Of a stretch of 64,000 nt of DNA, positions 52,801 through 64,000 are shown piece after piece. The stretch is from the NCBI GenBank assembly GCA_951406725.2, contig OX597829.1, positions 19,282,001 to 19,346,000 on the forward strand. The letters run 5' to 3'. Below the pieces are notes generated by a model. It searched no databases. It had not been told where the DNA came from and saw only the letters and a program-made list of their open reading frames with translations. Each line of letters opens with the position of its first letter. The first letter of the stretch is position 1. The DNA is from Octopus vulgaris. Lineage: Eukaryota. Made by a program: the position numbers and the translations under genes.

Positions 52801-52883
52801 AATATATATATTTATACTGTAAAATTAGATTTAATCCTAAATCTAATTTTTCCCTGTAAGTTTGGATTTACTCCCTAATATTA

Positions 52884-52920
<37 letters not shown>

Positions 52921-52926
<6 letters not shown>

Positions 52927-53154
52927 AGGGTTTTTTTGCAACAAGTTGCTTAAACCACATACCAAAAATATTAGAAATAGCAGTCAAAGGGCTACTATTT
53001 CTTTTACTACAAAAATAAGTCTCCACAAAACAACAAATACTGTTGTTTTGTGGAGACTTATTTTTGTAGTAAAAGAAATAGTAGCCCTTTGACTGTTATT
53101 TCTAATATTTTTGGTATGTGGTTTAAGCAACTTGTTGCAAAAAACCCTTATTAT
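52921..53154. repeat. Foldback inverted repeat, ~115-bp arms, 5-nt loop
   Basis: 52921-53035 versus 53041-53154, loop aatac; the downstream tail resembles 4711-4775. Confidence 0.9.
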
Positions 53155-53272
53155 AATTATATAAATTTTTACCGAATATGGTCCTTTTCCATACCGAAAT
53201 ACTACTAGGTGAAATTTATTGATTTTATTAAATTAATTATATTTCACCCTTTATCTGTATATATATATATAT

Positions 53273-53675
53273 ACTCTTTTACTTGTTTTAGTCATTTGAC
53301 TGTGGCCATGCTGGAATACCGCCTTTAATCGAGCAAATCAACACCAAGACTTATTTTTTGTAAGCCTAGTATTTATTCTATCAGTCTCTTATGCCGAACT
53401 GCTAAGCTACAGGAACGTAAACACACCAACATCGGTTGTCAAGTGATGTTGGAAGGACAAACACATACACACAAACATATACATCACATACATACATACA
53501 TATATATATACAACGGGATTCTTTCAGTTTCCGTCTACCAAAATCATTCACAAGGCTTTGGTCGACCCAAAGCTATAGTAGAAGACACTTGCCCAAGGTG
53601 CCATGCAGTGGGACTGAACCTGGAACCATGTGGTTGGTAAGCAAGCTACTTACCATACAGTCACTCCTGTGCCTA
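53273..53675 (-). mobile_element. SINE family A, followed by (GATA)n at 53690-53800
   Basis: Full-length homology to 477-885. Confidence 0.9.
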
Positions 53676-53688
53676 TATATATATATAT

Positions 53689-53775
<87 letters not shown>

Positions 53776-53825
53776 AATAGATAGATAGATAAACTGATAG
53801 GTGGATACACACACAAACTCATATG

Positions 53826-53859
<34 letters not shown>

Positions 53860-53898
53860 GATAAATAGATAGATAGATAGATAGATTGATAGATAAAT

Positions 53899-53935
<37 letters not shown>

Positions 53936-54396
53936 CTTACATACATACACACATACATACATACATATATACACACAAGCTCTGAGAACCACTGTCCCAA
54001 AGCAGAATTGTGTGTGTGTGTGTGTGTATAAATTGTAAGATCCAAGGATCTAAGCGTAGGAAGTTTGTAAGATTTAAGCAGTCCATGGCAGGTATAAAAA
54101 ATAACATTCAGGTACAATAATAATTTACCAGCGGTGAAAGCTGTAGGCTTTTCCCATACCAAAGTTTAATAAATTGAAAAAAATTTTTTATAGCTCATAG
54201 TTAGCAACTTGAGTTGCTACCAATGCAAAAAAATATATATATGTTACCTGGCTAGCAGATCCTGTGATGTAATAATTCTTCAATGAGGGGTACACACCTA
54301 GCTACGCATCAGGCCAAAGATTATTATTATATATTCGACAAGTTAACTTCGGATTCTTTAATGACAGTCTAACCTTCATATAACTAAGGTATCTTC

Positions 54397-54478
54397 GGCT
54401 GAGGATTAGCTAGTGGAATACTCCTCATTGAATAATTATTATATCAGAGAAGCTGCTAGCTAGGAAACATATGTAGCC
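54397..54478 (+). ncRNA. Hammerhead motif with a diverged inverted partner at 54239-54315
   Basis: gg-CTGAGGA-ttagctagtgg..ctgctagctag-GAAAC-atat-GTA-gcc; 11-bp stem II, short stem I. Confidence 0.6.
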
Positions 54479-54919
54479 TGGATTTTACCTGCTCCACTCG
54501 CCAATTTGAGTTTGTATATATGGTGCTTCAGCATGGCTGCAATCAAATGACTGAAACAAAAGAATTTATCATTCTGTTTTGGAACAGTGGTTCTCAAAGC
54601 TCATTATATACAGCAATAAAGAATAACATGCAAACATTGGGCTGATGTTGTCTGTCAGCAAAATATATATATATATATATGCATACATGAGTGTGGATGT
54701 GGGTGTGTGTGTGTGTGTTTGTGAAAATTTAAATGGGTATGTGTGGATGTGTAAGTGTGCATGTGTGAAGGTGGGGTGTGTCTGTGTATGCCAGATCAGA
54801 TTGGAGCCTGGTGCAGCTTCTCCTGGCCTGCCAGTTCTCAGTCAAACAGCCCAACCCATGCCAGCATGACAATGATGATGATGATGATGATGATGTATAT
54901 ATATATGTATGTATGTATG

Positions 54920-55064
<145 letters not shown>

Positions 55065-56649
55065 ATGCATATATACACACATACACACACATATATACAT
55101 GTCTATATGCGTGTATTTTTCACATCATCAAAAAAAGGAAAATGAAAACCCAATGTTTTGTGTTCATTCAATGAAGCCCATTGATGTATTCTCCATCCTA
55201 GACTGAGTCACAAACATTTCCTTATCACTCTTGCCTTCAGAAATCTAGTGAACCAGTTATTGTTCCATTACAAACCTACAACCAGTGATGCTATTGTTCG
55301 TTAATCATATTATGTAATATATCATAATTCAAATTAATGTTTCAGTTTTTGGGATTTTTTTTTTTTGTTTTCTTCTTAGAGGAACTTATTTGGTTTATCA
55401 CTAAATTCTTGAATGATTATACATGGAAATAAAGGATCTAATTCAGAGTTAGATACTGAATCATCATCTTTGGATCGCAGTAAAGTAAGGTCACGCCCCC
55501 ACCTCCAACACTTTGTAACTTTCATAAGCAACTGCGGTCGGTCCTACGGAGAGAACAACCAAAATTGGCTGTTGGTGAAAACTGAATCCCTGGGGAAGGA
55601 ATTTCAACTCAGAACATAAAGAGCTGGTATAGATACAGCAAGGCATCCCTTCTGATGTTCTACTGATTCCACCAATTTCACTGTGCTTGACCCTAGTGCT
55701 TTTATTGATCCTACCCCTGAAAATTCACCCCCACCAGATTTGAACTCAGAATGCCTTTACTCAGTTTAAATCCTGCTGTGATTTTAAAAAAATTTATTTT
55801 TTATTTTAATTCATTTTATTTTTATTTATTTGATATTCTAATGAAATATGTACTGACACCATTTGTAATAGAATAATGTTCTAGCATCTCTGGGATTGCT
55901 GAAATAAAATATTACTAATTTTATTTTAGGAATCCCAGGATTCATTGAGAACCTTTGAATAAGAGACAATAATGATGCGCTAATTTTCAAACCATACATT
56001 TTTCTTTCTTTTTTTTTCTTTTTCTCTTTTTTTCTTCCTGTTTTTATTTTTTATATCCCCCCAGTTGTTCAGAAACCTCAAAGTTTGAGAAGGTCTGAGA
56101 TTTTTACAATTAGGCAATTATGCTGCTGCCAGACTTTTGAACCATTCTTCTTTTAAACCACCCCGCTTTCTTTTTTGCGATACAACAGATTAATAATAGA
56201 TGGGTTCAATTCTTTGTAATTTCATCAATTAATTTCTAGTACTGGTTATTTCAGCATCAGAAATTAAATGAAGAATTATCAAAATTGGTTAACCTTGTAA
56301 ATTTATATAAAATGGTGCAGAAACCGTTAAAGATAATCATATCAAGAAATGGTGAAAAGAAACATATTTAATCAATTTCCTTCGACATGTTGCACTTTAT
56401 CATTTTTTTTTGTTTTTGTTTTTTACACACACACACCCACCCTTTTTTCCCCCCTTTCTCTGTTAAATCAAGAATTTCTAAAACCAGATGTTTCTCAATG
56501 CAAGGTTTTTTGAAGCCCAAACAGAAAAATATAATCAAAAAGAAAAAAAGAAAAGAAAGAAGAGGGGCAAAGAAGTTGCTTATATAATTCAAAAGGCCTA
56601 CTTATATAAAGAATGTCACCTCTAAACTTCTGTATATACAAACATATGT

Positions 56650-57270
56650 ACATACATGTGTGTCTGTGGGTGGGGGTGTTTGCGTGTTTGTGTGTGTGTG
56701 TATGTTTGTGTGCATGTGTGTGTGTGCGCGTGTGTGCGTGTGTATGTGTATTTGTGTGTGTGTGTGTATGTTTGTGTGTACATGTGTGTGCGTTTGTGTG
56801 TGTTTGTGTTTACAGAGATTTCTTACTTGTTTATATGTGTGTGTGTGTATTTGTATTTGTGTGTGTGTGTGTGTGTGTGTTTTCTGTGTGTATATGTTTG
56901 TGTGTGTGTGTGTGTTTTGTGTGTACATGTGTGTGCGTTTGTGTGTGTTTGTGTTTACAGAGATTTCTTACTTGTTTATATGTGTGTGTGTGTGTTTCTG
57001 TGTGTATATGTTTGTGTGTGTGGGTGTGTATGTTTGTGTGTGCATGTGTGTGTGTTTGTGTTTACAGAGATTTCTTACTTGTTTATATGTGTGTGCGTGT
57101 TTGTGTGTGTGTGTGTGTGTGTGTATGTTTCTGTGTGCAAGTGTGTGCTTGTGTGTGTGTTTGGTGTGTTTGTGTTTACAGAAATTTCTTACTTGTTTAT
57201 ATGTATGTGTGTGTGTGTGTGTGTTTGTGTGTATGTTTACACAGAGGTTTCTTACTTGTTTATATGTCTT
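56650..57270. repeat. GT-rich minisatellite with unique core cagag/aatttcttacttgtttatatg x5
   Basis: Cores near 56808, 56953, 57060, 57175, 57240. Confidence 0.9.
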
Positions 57271-57502
57271 TGAATACTTTGTACAGCTCACTGTGTAAAA
57301 AAGATGGTATAAAAAGGATTTACACATTGTAAATGAAAAGTGAAAAAATAGGGAGACAGGAAAAAGGAATGGAGTATCATACGAACATATTCACAAACAG
57401 GGAACTCAGTAGATACAGATACACCCACATGCACTCACACACACATACACCACCACCCATGCACAACACACATTCACACACTCACACACACACACACACC
57501 CC

Positions 57503-57543
<41 letters not shown>

Positions 57544-58196
57544 CCCACACACATTCACACATACTCACACAAACCCACACATTCGCACACACTCGCACAC
57601 ACACACTCTCACACACACATGCATACACATACACCACGCACACATACAGTTGTGCATACACACGCACACACATCCTTCATACATGTGCTCATAGTCACAC
57701 TGGCACACACATGTGCACACACACACACACACACATGTGACAGATAAAAAAAAGGAGAGGGAAAGGCATAAAGTGAGAGACACATCAACACACATAAAAA
57801 ATAAAACATATTCTTTGATTCAGAAATTTGTATAATTTTGTGTTAGCCTATGAAGAAATGATAATTTTTTTCAGGCTTATTTAGGACTTTCTGTTCTGTG
57901 ACAATGTAATAATGGAATGAGAATAGGAGCATTGTGTAGAACAACTCTTAATAAATCATCAACCACCATATTGGCTTCAAATTTGGGCACAAGGCCAGCA
58001 GTTTCAGAGGAGGGGGCTTAGTTGATTACATTGATCCCAGTCTTTGACTGATATTTATTTTATTGACCCTGAAAGGATGAAAGCAAAGTCAACCTCAGTG
58101 GAATTTGAACTCAGAACATAAGGACAGATGAAATACCACTAAGCATTTTGTCTGAAGGCTTAATGACTCTGTTAGCTTACTGCCAGTTATGGTATT

Positions 58197-58612
58197 ACTC
58201 TTTTACGTGTTTCAGCCATTTGACTGTGGCCATGCTGGAGCACTGCCTTTAGTCGAGCAAATCGACCCCAGGACTTATTCTTTGTAAGCCTAGTACTTAT
58301 GCTATCGGTCTCTTTTGCTGATCCACTAAGTTACGGGGCCATAAATGCACCAGCATCGGTTGTCAAGTGATGTTTGGGGGACAAACATATACACACACAT
58401 GCACATATACATATACACATATATACAACAAGCTTCTTTCAGTTTCCATCGACCAAATCCACTCACAAGGCTTTGGTCGGCCCAAGGCTATAGTAGAAGA
58501 CACTTGCCCAAGGTGCCTCACAGTGGGACTGAACCCGGAACAATATGGTCGGTAAGCAAATTACTTACCACACAGCCACTCCTGCACCTAACCACACAGC
58601 TACTCCTACGCC
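58197..58612 (-). mobile_element. SINE family A
   Basis: Full-length homology; an older copy lies at 59330-59722. Confidence 0.88.
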
Positions 58613-60399
58613 TATGTACTTATTAATACTTATTAATAATAAAGAATTAAAGAAACAGGTTAAGAATGTGGTTTCTGTGTAGAGAATGGTGGAGAGTTGA
58701 TGATGGATAGAATGTCTGGCCACTCCTTGACTGTTACTTATTTCATCAAAACTGAAAGGATGAAAGGCTAAGTCAACCTTGGCGGAATTTGAACTCAGAA
58801 TGTAAAAACGGTCAAAATGCTGGTAAGCATTTCATGTGGCATGCTAACAATTTTGCCTGCTCCCCACCTTATCATCAACCATCATATTGCTGTTAAGAAG
58901 CCACACTTCTTTTTCTATTAGCATAAACATGGAGTAACACAAGGTTGTTTTCTTACTCCCTTTCATTATACTCTCTGCTTATAATTGTGTTCCTTTTTAC
59001 AGCTCTTCAAACATAATTTAATTTGCAGGCGATACTAAAATAATAGTTCTGCTTAGTGTTAACAACTTAACACAATAAGATGAAATGTTTTCTGTTTATT
59101 TACTTCATCTTAGGAGGTGAAATATTTTTTCCAAGGTAGAACATTGAACAAAATGTCTTGTGGTATTTAATTACAATTTTTTTTTTTATAGTTGTTGCTG
59201 TAAAATGCAACTAATTACCAGGATCACTAGAGCATTGAATAGAATACCAGAATACCTAACAACATTCATTCTGACATTCTGACTTTTTTTTCTTGTTTTA
59301 TTTTTATTCAAGTTCTTTCTGTTTTTTTATATTTTACTTGTGTGAGTCATTGGATCATAGCCATGTTGGGACACCACCTTGAAGGGTTTATGTTTAAAAA
59401 CTCAACCCTAGTACTTATTTAATCAGTCTCTTTTTTGCCAAACCACTAAGTAAGGGGTAAGGGGGATTTAATCAAACCAACACAAGTTATCAATCAGTGG
59501 TGGCGACGAACACAAATAAAAAGACACATGCATACATATACACACAGAATTATATACAGACAAAACTGGTTTTCATTCACCGCCTACCAAATCCACTTAC
59601 AATCCTTTAGTTGGGGGTGGGGCTAAAGAAGAAGACACTTGTGCAATGTACCACATAGTGGGACTGAACCCTAGACCACATAGTTGAGAAGCAAACTTCT
59701 TACCACACAGCCATGCTTCCACCTAAAGTTCAAATACTGTCATAGTTATTTTTGCCTTTCATCCCCTTGGAGTTTTGATTTTAAAAAAAGGATCAATATA
59801 GTGGAAATGGATTTGTGGAAATGTGAGAGGTTTAGGTAAAAAGCCTTCCAGTATCTTCTCTGGCTCTTTTATGTTATGATCGTAATGTCTGAGATGGCAT
59901 CGGTACAAAGCTGCAGCAACCTGAGTCAGTGGCCTTTCACTTGGATAGACATCAGTGGCATAGAGAGGGAAATATTTGTGTGCATAGACAACTGCCAGTC
60001 TTCCTTATGAAAATCTTGGCCAAATCAGCCCATACACATGTAGATACATGGTCAACCTTGGATGGGAGAAGTTCTAGCTCTCTTTACACAGATCAAAAAT
60101 CAGCTTCACAGGAAAACAAAACTCAAACTATTAAATATAGACTTTCAGTCCTACAGCCATGTGCCTTTGTGAGACATGGTCTAGTGGTTAGGGTATTGCA
60201 TTCACAATCACCAGGTTCTGGGTTCGATTCCTCTTCTGGATGGTGTGTTCTATTCTTGGGTAAAACACTTCCTTTCACATTGCCTGAGATCTGAGATCTT
60301 CTAGTTCATAGCTGACCTGGGTCTAAACAACCACAACATTAACTAATTGTAACAACACAGTGAAACCATCAGATTTACTGATTTTGAAGACTGAACTCA

Positions 60400-60766
60400 A
60401 AAAAATTAAATCATCACATCACCTTCAGCATTACCACTGTCAATCTTATAATTGTCATCGCCATTGCAGTCATTGTCATCACCACCATTATCAGCTCTCT
60501 TCATCATCATCATCATCATCATCAACATCATCATCATCATCAACTGACATTGTCGTTGTTGTTGCTGTTGTCAAGATTATCATCTTTGTTGTCATCATCA
60601 TCATCATCATCATCAACCAACATAATCGTTGCTGTTGTCAAGGTTATCATCATTGTTGTCATCATCAACATCATCATCATCATCATCATATTCATCATCA
60701 CCAACATCATCATCATCATCATCATCTTCATCATCATCTTCATCATCATCATCATCGCTGTCGTCG

Positions 60767-60797
<31 letters not shown>

Positions 60798-60805
60798 AGT
60801 CATCG

Positions 60806-60862
<57 letters not shown>

Positions 60863-61045
60863 ACATTGTCATCATCATCCTCATCATCATCATCAACCAA
60901 CATAGTCATTGCTGCTGTTATCAAGATTACCATCATTGTTGTCCACATCATCATCGTCCTCCTCCTCCTCATCATCATCATCGGCAGCAGCAGCAGCAGC
61001 AGCAATAGCTGCAACAACAGCAGCAGCAGTAGTAACAGCAACAAT
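60400..61045. repeat. (CAT)n/(CGT)n/(CAG)n compound trinucleotide tract
   Basis: Direct reading; internal repeat catcaaccaacata..gctgtt.tcaag.tta.catc.ttgttgtc occurs about 3 times. Confidence 0.95.
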
Positions 61046-61162
61046 GAAATCATTCTCATACTTGAAAGAGAGTTTAATCTATTTCATGTATTTTTTTTTT
61101 AGTTTTATTTGTCATGTTTAAAAATTTTATTCTTTCCTTTCTTCTCATTTTTCAGTTACTTT

Positions 61163-64000
<2,838 letters not shown>

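Noticed and set aside
56640-57270. Regularly recurring ~25-bp core with variable spacers (CRISPR-like look)
   Set aside because: Spacers are (GT)n variants of one another, the context is eukaryotic and there are no cas genes; it is a minisatellite.
60360-61102. His-rich, Asp-rich and Met-rich ORFs
   Set aside because: (CAT)n microsatellite read-through.

Overview
AT-rich, repeat-saturated eukaryotic DNA with no supportable intact protein-coding gene; nearly all listed ORFs are microsatellite or SINE read-throughs. The tRNA-derived SINE families and (TA/CA/TAA/CAT) tracts look like an octopus (coleoid cephalopod) genome; this is recognition, not a database result. Content: more than 30 SINE copies from about 4 families, decayed LINE remnants (APE-RT, RTE, R4/Dong in TAA repeats), Tc1/mariner, hAT/Buster, piggyBac-type and Helitron remnants. 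Most notable: (1) at least six sequence-divergent type I hammerhead-ribozyme motifs (CUGANGA...GAAAC-palindromic loop-NUH) in short non-coding inserts, mostly inside (TA)n tracts. One lies in a 567-nt tandem-plus-inverted unit resembling a Penelope pseudo-LTR or retrozyme. (2) Several near-perfect ~100-bp foldbacks. (3) Repeated copying of neighbouring DNA into the central microsatellite of one SINE family, including a ~1-kb inverted duplication. Coordinates and pairings were read by eye and may be off by a few bases.
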